From: Thermoplasmata archaeon
GTDB taxonomy: Archaea > Thermoplasmatota > Thermoplasmata > Lutacidiplasmatales > UBA184
Assembly: GCA_021816955.1 (NCBI GenBank)
Contig: JAKAWP010000005.1
Coordinates: 1 to 49,390, forward strand
DNA: 49,390 nt
Reading direction: 5' to 3'
How positions within the stretch are numbered: the stretch's first letter is position 1; each line of letters begins with the position of its first letter. Both the position numbers and the translations under genes were made by a program. This document shows, piece after piece, positions 41,841 to 49,390 of the stretch. The notes below the pieces were generated by a model. The model did no database searches. It saw nothing but the letters and a program-made list of their open reading frames with translations, and was not told the origin of the DNA.

Positions 41841-43421
41841 TCACGGGAGGTAATCGCGGGGGAGGGTCTTGAGCTCCTTGAACGTCTCGGTCAGGATGCC
41901 GACGAACGTGTCGATGTCGCGCTCGGTGTGGGCCGACGAGAACGTGATCCGCTCGTAGTTGTCGGGGTGGATGTAGACGCCGCGGGCGAGCAGGAGCTGG
42001 TGGTGGCGTAGGAAGAGGTTCCAGTCGATCTGCAGCGACTCGCGGTAGTTCGAGATCTTCTTGCGTCGGGTGAAGAAGAACTGGAGCATCCCGTTGACGC
42101 TCTGGACGAGGACCGACACTTTGGCGTCCCGGGCGGCCGCCTCGATCCCCTCGTGGAGCCGCTTGGTCAGCCGGTGGAACCGGTCGTACAGCGCCTCGCC
42201 GCCGTCGTGGAGCAGCTTCAGGTTCGCGAGCGCGCCCGAGAGCGACAGGTTGTTCGCGAAGTACGTGCCGCCGAAGCTGATCCGCCCGGGGGCGATCAGG
42301 TCCATGTACTCGGCCTTTCCCGAGACGGCGCTGATCGGAACCCCTCCGCCGAGCGCCTTCGCCCAGCAGGAGATGTCGGGCTCGACCCCGTAGAGCTGCT
42401 GGGCGCCGCCCGGCGCCACGCGAAAGCCCGTGAAGACCTCGTCGAAGATCACCAGCAGCTCGTGCTGGTGGGCGATCTCGACGAGCCGCTTCAAGTACTC
42501 CGGCGCGGGCGGGATCACGCCCGCGTTCGCCATCACCGGTTCCAAGATCACGGCGGCGAGCCGGTCCTTGTAGCGCCGGACCATCCGCTCCACCGCCGTG
42601 ATCGAGTTGAACGGGGCGACCATGACGTAGTCGGTGACGCCGGGCGGGATCCCGGCGGAGTTCGGTAGCGGCCGCGGGTACTCGTCCAAGCCCGCCACGA
42701 CCGGTGGCGCCTCCGCGCTGATGAGGGCGTAGTCGTGTTGGCCGTGGTAGTGCCCCTCGAACTTCAGAATCCCGTCCTTCCCCGTGACCGCCCGCGCGAT
42801 CCGGATCGCGTTCATCGTGGCGTCGGAGCCGTTCGAGCAGAACGCGACGCGCTCGGCGCTCGGCACGACCTTGCGGAACAGCTTGGCGAGCTCGATCTCG
42901 AGCGCCGTCGGCGCCGCGAAGTGGAACCCCTTCCCCGCTTGGGCCCGCACCGCTTCGACCATCGCCGGGTGGGCGTGGCCGTTGATCAGGCAGCCGTAGC
43001 CCAGGTTGAAGTCGAGGTACTCGTTCCCGTCCTCGTCCCAGATCCGGGCGCCCTCGCCCCGGGCGATGAACGGCGGGCACGGGTCGTACGAGGCGACCCG
43101 GATGAGCGAGCTCGACGAGTTCGGAACGTACTTCTTCCCCTCCTCGAAGAGCCGCGCGCTCCGCTTCAGCCGCGGGACGAGCCGGGCGATCGGGATCGGA
43201 AGCGGCGGGGGCGCCTCGGCTTCGACCGGGGGCTCGACCGCAGGCGCCTCGCCGCGGGCCTCCTTGGCGGACTCCTTCGGGGCGTCCTTCGGCAGGGGAG
43301 CGGCGGGCGCGGGCGTCGCCTCGGCGGCCGTCAGACGGGGGCCGGCCGGCTCGGGGCCGCGCGGCCCCGGTTCCGTGGACCGGTCGATGACAGGAGCGGG
43401 TCCCAGATCCGCCATAACCAA
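41841..43421 (-). CDS. class-III PLP aminotransferase, GSA-aminomutase-like, with ~85-aa Pro/Ala/Glu-rich N-terminal extension
   Basis: 526 aa. The core starts around RSARLFEEGKKYVPNSSSS. Motifs YLDFNLGYGCLINGHAHP, KFEGHYHGQHD, VIFDEVFTGFR and the Lys context WAKALGGG. I found no alternative in-frame ATG/GTG/TTG between 43421 and the core. An AT-rich promoter region lies directly upstream. Confidence 0.8.
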   Translation of the reverse strand: MVMADLGPAPVIDRSTEPGPRGPEPAGPRLTAAEATPAPAAPLPKDAPKESAKEARGEAPAVEPPVEAEAPPPLPIPIARLVPRLKRSARLFEEGKKYVPNSSSSLIRVASYDPCPPFIARGEGARIWDEDGNEYLDFNLGYGCLINGHAHPAMVEAVRAQAGKGFHFAAPTALEIELAKLFRKVVPSAERVAFCSNGSDATMNAIRIARAVTGKDGILKFEGHYHGQHDYALISAEAPPVVAGLDEYPRPLPNSAGIPPGVTDYVMVAPFNSITAVERMVRRYKDRLAAVILEPVMANAGVIPPAPEYLKRLVEIAHQHELLVIFDEVFTGFRVAPGGAQQLYGVEPDISCWAKALGGGVPISAVSGKAEYMDLIAPGRISFGGTYFANNLSLSGALANLKLLHDGGEALYDRFHRLTKRLHEGIEAAARDAKVSVLVQSVNGMLQFFFTRRKKISNYRESLQIDWNLFLRHHQLLLARGVYIHPDNYERITFSSAHTERDIDTFVGILTETFKELKTLPRDYLP

Positions 43422-43455
43422 TGCATCTCTGACGGCCTTCCAAGCCCGGGGGCGG

Positions 43456-43462
43456 TATATAA
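43456..43462 (-). promoter_or_regulatory. TATA box (TTATATA on the minus strand) for the 43421 gene
   Basis: TATATAA on the plus strand, centred about 38 nt upstream of ATG 43421. It lies inside the most AT-rich intergenic stretch of the window. Confidence 0.5.
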
Positions 43463-43540
43463 CGGGGACGGTGAATCCGAAGTGAACGATACCGCGATGT
43501 TAACCTAAACTTATCGAGGATATTTGGTAGATTTATGCGG

Positions 43541-43580
43541 TCAAAAGACTGTTTGTGCCTTGTTCGCTTCGAAAACAGCC
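43541..43580 (-). terminator. oligo-T termination signals downstream of the saccharopine-dehydrogenase-like gene
   Basis: On the minus strand, downstream of the stop at 43596-43598: palindromic GCCGGCCGGC followed by TGTTTTC, then GTCTTTTG about 30 nt later. Archaeal terminators are typically T-tracts. Confidence 0.35.
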
Positions 43581-43595
43581 GGCCGGCATGTTGTT

Positions 43596-44813
43596 TCAGG
43601 CGGTCGGACCTCCTTTTTCCGGTCGACGGAACGGGGGGAGCGGCGGCTCGTCCGGAACGATCGTCGTTTCGATCCCCCGGCGCTTGAGCTCGGCGCGGAA
43701 CGGCGCCGCCGGCACGCACAATTCGGGCGGCCGAACGCCCGTCCCCTGAATCGTCCCGCGCACGATCAGTTCGGCTCCGATCGCCCCGACGACCCCGACC
43801 GAGTACTCGGTGACCGTGAGACCCCAATCGGGTCGGGGCGGGAACCGGGCGATGGCGTGGCGCGTGACGGGTCGACCGGCCCGCTCGCCGCGGACCTCGA
43901 GGTCCAGGACCTCCCAGTCCTCGATGGCGAGCCCTTCGGGGACCCCCAACAACCCCCGCGCTTTGAGAAGGGCGAGCGTGAACGCCCGGGGTGCCACCCG
44001 CTGGCCGTGGACGTCCACGGGCTGCTCGGACGCCAATCCTAAGAGCGCCATCGTCCGCAGGACGTCGATGCCGGGCCCGCCTTCCTTCCACTCGCAGTGA
44101 GCGAGGCCGAGATGGCGCAGACTTTCCGGCAGCGTGGCCGGCTCGGAATGAAGGGTCCGGTAGACGCGGGTCCGGCCGACGGGAGCCTCGAACTCATACT
44201 CCTCCGCCCCGCTCATCGGGGGAACGGCTTCGTACCGGCCGTTCTCATAGACCTGAGCGGGAAGGACCATCTCGTCGAGGAACGTGCTCGGCGACCAGGT
44301 GAACAGGATCTCGGGTCCGTTCGGTGTCAGGTCCCGCCAGCCGTCCCGGATCACGATCGAATCGACCCGGTCGAGGTCGGCGGTGGCGGCCGCCGCCATC
44401 ACGTTCGACACCCCGGGGACCTGGCCGAGGCCGGGGACGGCGAGGAGCCCGGCCGAACGGAACCGGCCGTCGAGTTCGAGCTGACGTCGGGTCATGTGGA
44501 ACAGCCCCCCGAAATCGAGGTACGGGACCCGAGCGGTGAGGCACGCCTCCATCACCTCCAGATTGAACGTATACTGGACCGCGTTCACGCAGACGGCGGC
44601 GCCCCGGAGCAGTTCGACGACGGCGGCGCGGTCGCGCACGTCGATCGTCACCGCCCGCACCTTCGATCCGCCCGCGCGTCGGGCCGCGCGCGCGGCGAGC
44701 TCCGGGTCGAGGTCCGCGGCAACGACCTCGTCAACCTCCGGAGAGTTCGCGAGGTCTCGTACCGTACCCTGCCCGGTGAGCCCTCCGCCTCCGAGCACCA
44801 CGACGCGCGTCAT
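43596..44813 (-). CDS. saccharopine dehydrogenase family NAD(P)-binding enzyme (also the family of carboxy(nor)spermidine dehydrogenases)
   Basis: 405 aa. Rossmann N-terminus VVVLGGGGLTGQGTV, VNAVQYTFNLEVMEACL, and GLGQVPGVSN typical of Sacchrp_dh proteins. Confidence 0.75.
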   Translation of the reverse strand: MTRVVVLGGGGLTGQGTVRDLANSPEVDEVVAADLDPELAARAARRAGGSKVRAVTIDVRDRAAVVELLRGAAVCVNAVQYTFNLEVMEACLTARVPYLDFGGLFHMTRRQLELDGRFRSAGLLAVPGLGQVPGVSNVMAAAATADLDRVDSIVIRDGWRDLTPNGPEILFTWSPSTFLDEMVLPAQVYENGRYEAVPPMSGAEEYEFEAPVGRTRVYRTLHSEPATLPESLRHLGLAHCEWKEGGPGIDVLRTMALLGLASEQPVDVHGQRVAPRAFTLALLKARGLLGVPEGLAIEDWEVLDLEVRGERAGRPVTRHAIARFPPRPDWGLTVTEYSVGVVGAIGAELIVRGTIQGTGVRPPELCVPAAPFRAELKRRGIETTIVPDEPPLPPFRRPEKGGPTA

Positions 44814-45493
44814 CGGGAGCGGTCCTCGTGGGATCTACCGTTCGCCGGCGGTCCGCGCGGCCGGAGCGGCGGGTGCTCCGGGGTCGGCGGAGTCGTCGGA
44901 CCGGGCGTCGGCGGAGCCGAACCCGCGGACGCTGGCGGGGGGGAAGGCCGGCCGCCGTGGGACCGCTCCCACAAGGTCCGGAACGTGTCGAAATGCGGCA
45001 GGAACGGGTCCGCTCGCCGTCGGTCTTCGAGCTCGCCGAGGGCGATCGTCAGCAGCGCCTTCGTCCGGCGGTCGCGCTCGGACTGGGCGAGATAGACGCA
45101 CAGCACCTGGTAGTGGGGCAGGACGAACGCGTCGGTCCGGGGGGTGCTCATGTCGCCCTTGCGGGGTCGGTAGATCCGATCGACCGGCACGCGTTCGGCG
45201 ACCGCGACGCGGTGGGTGAATCCGAAGTACCGGCCGGGCCCGACCACCCGGGTCACCTCGCGCACGGAGCCGCCGAAGGCGTTGGCGAGGCGGTCGCATT
45301 CGTGCCAGCACCAGAGGCCGAAGCCGTAGTCGCCCGCTTGGTACTCCTCCCACGCCAAGCCGTACAGCCGGCGCTCCCGCTCCTCCTCGGCGACCGTCGG
45401 GTCGAGCGCCGCCTTCCAGTCGGCGATGTGAACATCAACGCGCATCGTCGGAGAGAACGATCGGAACGGCGGTACGGTCGGACCGGTCGCCAT
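44810..45493 (-). CDS. hypothetical protein (about 227 aa) with Pro-rich C-terminal tail
   Basis: From ATG 45493 (alternative ATG 45445) of ORF 44810..46210. Non-repetitive core (ADWKAALDPTVAEEERERRLYGLAWEEYQAGDYGFGLWCWHECDRLANAF...HYQVLCVYLAQSERDRR). I recognise no family. ATGA overlap with the downstream gene. The upstream part of the listed ORF is Arg/Pro-rich and overlaps the amidohydrolase gene. Confidence 0.55.
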   Translation of the reverse strand: MATGPTVPPFRSFSPTMRVDVHIADWKAALDPTVAEEERERRLYGLAWEEYQAGDYGFGLWCWHECDRLANAFGGSVREVTRVVGPGRYFGFTHRVAVAERVPVDRIYRPRKGDMSTPRTDAFVLPHYQVLCVYLAQSERDRRTKALLTIALGELEDRRRADPFLPHFDTFRTLWERSHGGRPSPPPASAGSAPPTPGPTTPPTPEHPPLRPRGPPANGRSHEDRSR

Positions 45494-45516
45494 CACTGGC
45501 GCCGGGGCAACGAAGG

Positions 45517-47055
45517 TTATCTGGCTTGCCGTCCCGTCGGCCGGCGGTGGTGAACGGAGCGGACGCCGCCGATCCACGTCTCCAGCACGGGCGAATCCGG
45601 GCGACGGGCGGCGGCCGACTCCGACGCCGCCCCCAAGACGAGGAGGTCGGCTACACCCCCCGGTTCGAGCGAGCCGAGCGTCGGCTCGCCGAGTGCCGCC
45701 GCCCCGCCGTGGGTGTACATCCGCACGGCGTCCACGAACGAGACGCCCTCCCGGACGGTCAGGCCCGGCGCGATCCGGTCGATCTCGGGACGGCGCATCG
45801 CGAGCCGGATCCCCCGCCACGGATCGACCGGCCCATACGGTGCGTCGGACGAACCGGCGAGCACCACCCCTGCGCGGAGCAGCGAGCGGAACGGATACGC
45901 ACAGCGGATCCGCGATCGGCCGAGCCGGCGGAGGAGCCACTGGTCGGTTTCGAGGAACCCCGGCTGGACCACCCCGACGGCTCGGACCGACCGCCACCGC
46001 CGAACGAGGTCGGTCGGTACGAGCCCGGCGTGCTCGATCCGGGGGGGAGCGACTCCCGCCGGTGGTCCGCCCGCCCGGCGCAACGCGCGCAACGCGCTCG
46101 CGACGCCCCGATCCCCGATCGCGTGCATCGCGACGGCGAGGCCGGCGCCGTGGGCATGGTCGATCGCGGCGGCGAGCGCTCGATCCGACCAGAGGAGCTC
46201 CCCTCGCCAATCGGGGCGATCCGCGTACGGCTCGCGCAGCGCAGCCGTACGCGGACCGAAGGCGCCGTCGACGAAGATCTTCACCCCCACGAGGCGAACT
46301 CGGCCCGGGCTCGCTTCCCCGGCCTTCCGCTCGCGAGCGGCCGTGGCGAGCTCGGAGATCGGGGCGTAGCAGCGAACGCGAGGGAGCGGACGGCCATCCC
46401 GCCCCGGCTCGGATCGACGGAGCGCGGCCCGCTCGCGCGCCGAGGCTTGGACGGAGGCAACGGTCGTGAGGCCCCGGGCGGCGAGCTCCGCGAGGAGCCG
46501 CCGGTACTGTTCCGGTCGGATCGGCATGACCTGCTCGAGCCAGTCGTACACCGTAGCCATCGATCGCTCGCCGAGGATCCCCGAACCGGCCGACCGGACC
46601 CCGAGCGCGGCGAGGGCCGCTCGGTTCGCCATCGCTTGGTGGCCCGACGCGTCGATCAGAACGACCGGTCGGTCTCGCACGGCCCGGTCGAGGTCGAGGC
46701 GCCGCAGTGACCCCCTCCCGAACGCCGGGATCGACCCGCCGACCCCGACGATCACGGGGTCGGGATGCTCAGCGGCCCAAGCGGTCAATCGGCGGGTGAC
46801 CCCGGCCCGGGAGGAGAGGTCGCCGAGCGGCACGCTCTCGCGCGAGCGCGCGAGCGCGGTCAGGTGGAGATGCGCGTCGATCCAGCCCGGCACGACGAGC
46901 CGGCCCGGCCGGCGGATACGTTCCGCGCCGGTCGGGCTCTCCCGGCGGGCCGAGCGGGCCGAGCCGGCGGCGACGACGCGGCCGTCCTCGACGACGATCG
47001 CCTCGACCCGGCGGCGCCCCGTGTAGACCTTTTCCGCCGTCCAGAGTTGGTCCAC
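45517..47055 (-). CDS. amidohydrolase-3 family (YtcJ-like) metal-dependent hydrolase
   Basis: 512 aa. VPGWIDAHLHL (HxH), IFVDGAFG, AMHAIGDRG, IEHAG, and GSSDAP with the terminal Asp. Confidence 0.8.
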   Translation of the reverse strand: MDQLWTAEKVYTGRRRVEAIVVEDGRVVAAGSARSARRESPTGAERIRRPGRLVVPGWIDAHLHLTALARSRESVPLGDLSSRAGVTRRLTAWAAEHPDPVIVGVGGSIPAFGRGSLRRLDLDRAVRDRPVVLIDASGHQAMANRAALAALGVRSAGSGILGERSMATVYDWLEQVMPIRPEQYRRLLAELAARGLTTVASVQASARERAALRRSEPGRDGRPLPRVRCYAPISELATAARERKAGEASPGRVRLVGVKIFVDGAFGPRTAALREPYADRPDWRGELLWSDRALAAAIDHAHGAGLAVAMHAIGDRGVASALRALRRAGGPPAGVAPPRIEHAGLVPTDLVRRWRSVRAVGVVQPGFLETDQWLLRRLGRSRIRCAYPFRSLLRAGVVLAGSSDAPYGPVDPWRGIRLAMRRPEIDRIAPGLTVREGVSFVDAVRMYTHGGAAALGEPTLGSLEPGGVADLLVLGAASESAAARRPDSPVLETWIGGVRSVHHRRPTGRQAR

Positions 47056-47135
47056 TACCGTCCTCCGTCCGCCGGCCGATCGGGCCCCGGCCGGGCCCCG
47101 TCGATCCGGTCCCCGGGGAAGGCGGCCCGTCTCTT

Positions 47136-48629
47136 CTAGACGTCGAGGTACCGGTAGAACTCGTACGGGTGCGGCCGGAGGTTGAGCTGGAGCTGCTCCT
47201 CCCGCTTGAGATCGAGGTACGTCTCCAAGACCGACGTCGAAAAGACCGGCTTCAGGAAGTCGTGGTCAGAGGCGAGGCAGTCGACCGCCTCCCCGAGCGA
47301 GCCGGGGAGCTCGCGGACCCCGAGCTCCTTGCGGCGGCTCGGCGTCAGCTTGTAGATGTCCTGGTCGACGGGCGGGGGCGGCTCGATCTTCCGCCGGATC
47401 CCGTCGACGCCGGCGAGCGCCAAGGCCGCCTCGGTGAGGTAGATGTTCGCCGCCGAATCCGGCGTCCGGTACTCCAGCCGCTTCGCGGCCGGCCGTCCTC
47501 GGTGGTAGAACGGGACCCGGACGTTCGCCGACCGGTTCGCCTTGCTCCAAGCGATGAAGACGGGAGCTTCGTAGCCGGGGACGAGCCGACGGTAGGAGTT
47601 CGTGATCGGGTTCGTGACGGCGCAGAGCGCGCGGGCGTGCTCGAGGAGCCCGCCGATGTAGTAGCGGCACGTCTGGCTGATCTCCGCGTACGGGTCGTGC
47701 GGGTCGTAGAAGACGTTCTCGCCGCCCCGCCAGAGCGATTGGTTCGTGTGCATGCCGCTGCCGTTGTCGCCGTAGATCGGCTTCGGCATGAACGACGCCA
47801 TCTTGCCGTGCCGGTGCGCGACGTTCTTGACGACGTACCGGATGTCTTGCACGTGGTCGGCGGTCGGGACGAGCTCGTCGTAATGGATATTGATCTCGGA
47901 CTGGGCGGCCGTCGCGACCTCGTGGTGATGGGCGTCCATCACGACGTTGAAGTGGTCGGAGAGGACGTTGCCGATCTCGGTGCGGAGCGCGGCGAGGGTA
48001 TCGAACGGGGGGGCCCGGTAGTACCCTTCCTTGAAACGAGCGAGCGACGCCCCCGTGGACGACGCCCAGGGCGCTTCGCTGCTTTCGATCAGGTACCCCG
48101 CGCCGCCCCACGCGTCCCGGACGGCGGCCGGCGACGGCGTGAGGCGCACCGCGTCGAAGACGAAGAACTCGATCTCGGGGCCCCAATAGGAGTGGTCGTA
48201 GCCGAGCGAGGTGAGATAGTCGACGGTCCGACGGGCGATCCCGCGGGGGTCATGAGCGTACGGCTCCTTGGACGCCCCGTTCAAGACGTTGCAGATGAAC
48301 CGGGCCGTGTGGCGTCCGTCGCCCTCCCACGGGATGTAGGCGAGCGTCGACGGGTCGGGCTGGAGCAGCATGTCGGATTCGTAGATCTCCCGAAAGCCCC
48401 GCACCGACGAGCCGTCGAGCTTCGGCACTCCCGACCGGAACGATTCGACGTCCAAGGTGTGGAGCGGGACGTGGACATGATTGAACCCGCCGAGCAGGTC
48501 GGTGAAGAACAGCTCGACCCAGCGGATCTTCCGGTCCGCGAGAGTCTTCAACGCGGCCTCGGCCGCCTCGTCCGTGCGGGTCGCCGACCCGCGCTCCGCC
48601 CCCGAAGGGACGACGTTCGTCGCGCTCAT
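47136..48629 (-). CDS. glnA: glutamine synthetase, type I
   Basis: 497 aa from ATG 48629 of ORF 47136..48908. Motifs FFTDLLGG, KLDGSSVRGF, GPEIEFFVFD, DAHHHEVATAAQSEINI, SFMPKP..GDNGSGMHTNQSLW, NSYRRLVPGYEAP and ANRSANVRVP. Confidence 0.9.
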   Translation of the reverse strand: MSATNVVPSGAERGSATRTDEAAEAALKTLADRKIRWVELFFTDLLGGFNHVHVPLHTLDVESFRSGVPKLDGSSVRGFREIYESDMLLQPDPSTLAYIPWEGDGRHTARFICNVLNGASKEPYAHDPRGIARRTVDYLTSLGYDHSYWGPEIEFFVFDAVRLTPSPAAVRDAWGGAGYLIESSEAPWASSTGASLARFKEGYYRAPPFDTLAALRTEIGNVLSDHFNVVMDAHHHEVATAAQSEINIHYDELVPTADHVQDIRYVVKNVAHRHGKMASFMPKPIYGDNGSGMHTNQSLWRGGENVFYDPHDPYAEISQTCRYYIGGLLEHARALCAVTNPITNSYRRLVPGYEAPVFIAWSKANRSANVRVPFYHRGRPAAKRLEYRTPDSAANIYLTEAALALAGVDGIRRKIEPPPPVDQDIYKLTPSRRKELGVRELPGSLGEAVDCLASDHDFLKPVFSTSVLETYLDLKREEQLQLNLRPHPYEFYRYLDV

Positions 48630-48738
48630 CGCGCGGTCGGATACCCAACCACCTACAAGAACTCTCGGCGAATATTTCTGGTCGTTTGACCTGTTTCTAA
48701 GACAAAGAGCTATGAATGACCAGCCATATGGGTAATTT
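48630..48738. promoter_or_regulatory. divergent glnA / lrp promoter-operator region
   Basis: 109-bp AT-enriched spacer. AATATTT (48671-48677) lies about 45 nt from the glnA ATG. CTATGAAT (about 48710-48717) lies about 25 nt from the lrp GTG. It also holds the palindrome GGTC-GTTT-GACC (48680-48691). Confidence 0.45.
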
Positions 48739-49275
48739 GTGGGACAATCGACCACCATCGACGCGACGGACCGGGCGATCCTCGTCGAGCTGAATAGTGA
48801 TGCGCGGCAGAGCCATCGCGAGATCGCGCGGCGGCTCAAGATCTCCCCGACGACCGTGAGCGCCCGGATCCAACGGCTGGAGGAGGAGGGCGTGATCGGG
48901 GGGTACATCCCGGTCTTGGATGACGAGCGGCTCGGCTACGACCTGTGGGCCACGATCGGGATCCGGATCTCGAAGGGACGGCTGCGGGAGGTCGAGGAAC
49001 GTCTCGCGCGCGACATGCGGGCGTACGCGATCTTCGATGTGACGGGGGAGTACGACGCGCTCGTGCTCGGTCGGTTCCGCGACCGGCGCGACCTCGACCG
49101 GTTTGTCAAGCACACCCTCCAAGACCCGTTCGTGGAGCGGTCGAACACCCAGGTCGTCCTCAACCGGGTGAAGGAGGAGCGTCGGGTGCCGATCCCTCCG
49201 GTCGGCGGAGGCGCCCGCAACGGGCGGCCGACGGAGCCGGGGACGCGGACCCCGGCGGGGGCGGGAAATCGCTAA
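48739..49275 (+). CDS. lrp: Lrp/AsnC-family transcriptional regulator
   Basis: 178 aa with GTG start. N-terminal HTH (DATDRAILVELNSDARQSHREIARRLKISPTTVSARIQRLEEEGVI) and a C-terminal RAM/ACT-like domain (AYAIFDVTGEYDALVLGRF). Divergent from glnA. Confidence 0.85.
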   Translation: MGQSTTIDATDRAILVELNSDARQSHREIARRLKISPTTVSARIQRLEEEGVIGGYIPVLDDERLGYDLWATIGIRISKGRLREVEERLARDMRAYAIFDVTGEYDALVLGRFRDRRDLDRFVKHTLQDPFVERSNTQVVLNRVKEERRVPIPPVGGGARNGRPTEPGTRTPAGAGNR

Positions 49276-49390
49276 GTGCCGCCGCGCTGCTGCCCGACGC
49301 GAGGGGCCGATGGACTGGGGGCTATCGAACCGTTTCCACCGCCTCTTTCACGCGGCGAGCGACACCACGGTGATGCTGGCCGTCGATCAC

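Noticed and set aside
41830-44091. 753-aa minus-strand ORF overlapping the aminotransferase, the AT-rich spacer and the saccharopine-dehydrogenase-like gene
   Set aside because: It is an alternate frame, Arg/Pro/Gly-rich, and crosses an obvious promoter/terminator region. The neighbouring frames give clean enzyme families.
49322-49390. Possible 3' end of a minus-strand gene running off the right edge (…VIDGQHHRGVARRVKEAVETVR-stop)
   Set aside because: Only 22 codons are visible, which is too short to support a call.
1-49390. Search for CRISPR arrays, rRNA genes, IS elements/transposases and long tandem repeats
   Set aside because: I noticed no regularly spaced direct repeats, no rRNA-like segments and no transposase- or integrase-like translations in any frame of the ORF track. 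Only short local repeats were seen, for example the codon-level RIRRIR repeat at about 39300-39325.

Overview
Very GC-rich archaeal chromosomal window (about two-thirds to 70% GC by eye, not computed). Archaeal origin is supported by an archaeal-type fibrillarin, an HPS-RraA fusion, a divergent glnA-lrp pair, a tRNA without encoded CCA, and isolated TATA-like boxes 25-45 nt upstream of start codons. The proteome is not acidic, so this is probably not a haloarchaeon; a GC-rich Thermoplasmatota-like lineage is my guess, held with low confidence. I support about 46 CDS and 1 tRNA. Blocks: (1) 265-1391, RidA-family protein and fibrillarin. (2) 1501-8044 (possibly to 8852), a translationally coupled operon. 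It encodes an Ig/PKD-repeat surface protein with a cytoplasmic wHTH tail, a VirB2/TrbC-like two-helix pilin candidate, a VirB6/CedA-like polytopic membrane protein, a PrgI/VirB3-like membrane protein, a small membrane protein and a VirB4/CedB-family ATPase. (3) 8670-12903, an orphan SPPY-type DNA methyltransferase, HPS-RraA, tRNA-Glu and a cation/H+ antiporter. (4) 12748-21766, an envelope glycosylation/modification cluster (GT2, phosphoesterase, blade-repeat glycoprotein, NTase, PNPOx-methyltransferase fusion, GT-C, GT4). (5) 21905-47055, an amine/polyamine nitrogen-scavenging supercluster: AguA/AguB, four class-III aminotransferases, three aldehyde dehydrogenases, two amidohydrolases, a saccharopine-dehydrogenase-like enzyme and a family-5 ABC importer. 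(6) 47136-49275, glutamine synthetase divergent from an Lrp/AsnC regulator. Most other long ORFs in the six-frame track are Arg/Pro/Gly/Ala-rich alternate-frame or antisense artefacts of high GC. The most interesting signal is block 2. It is a minimal T4SS-like (Ced/Ted-like) apparatus in a housekeeping context, with no relaxase, coupling protein or integrase in the window. All calls rest on reading the translations, motifs and junctions; no database search or structure prediction was run.
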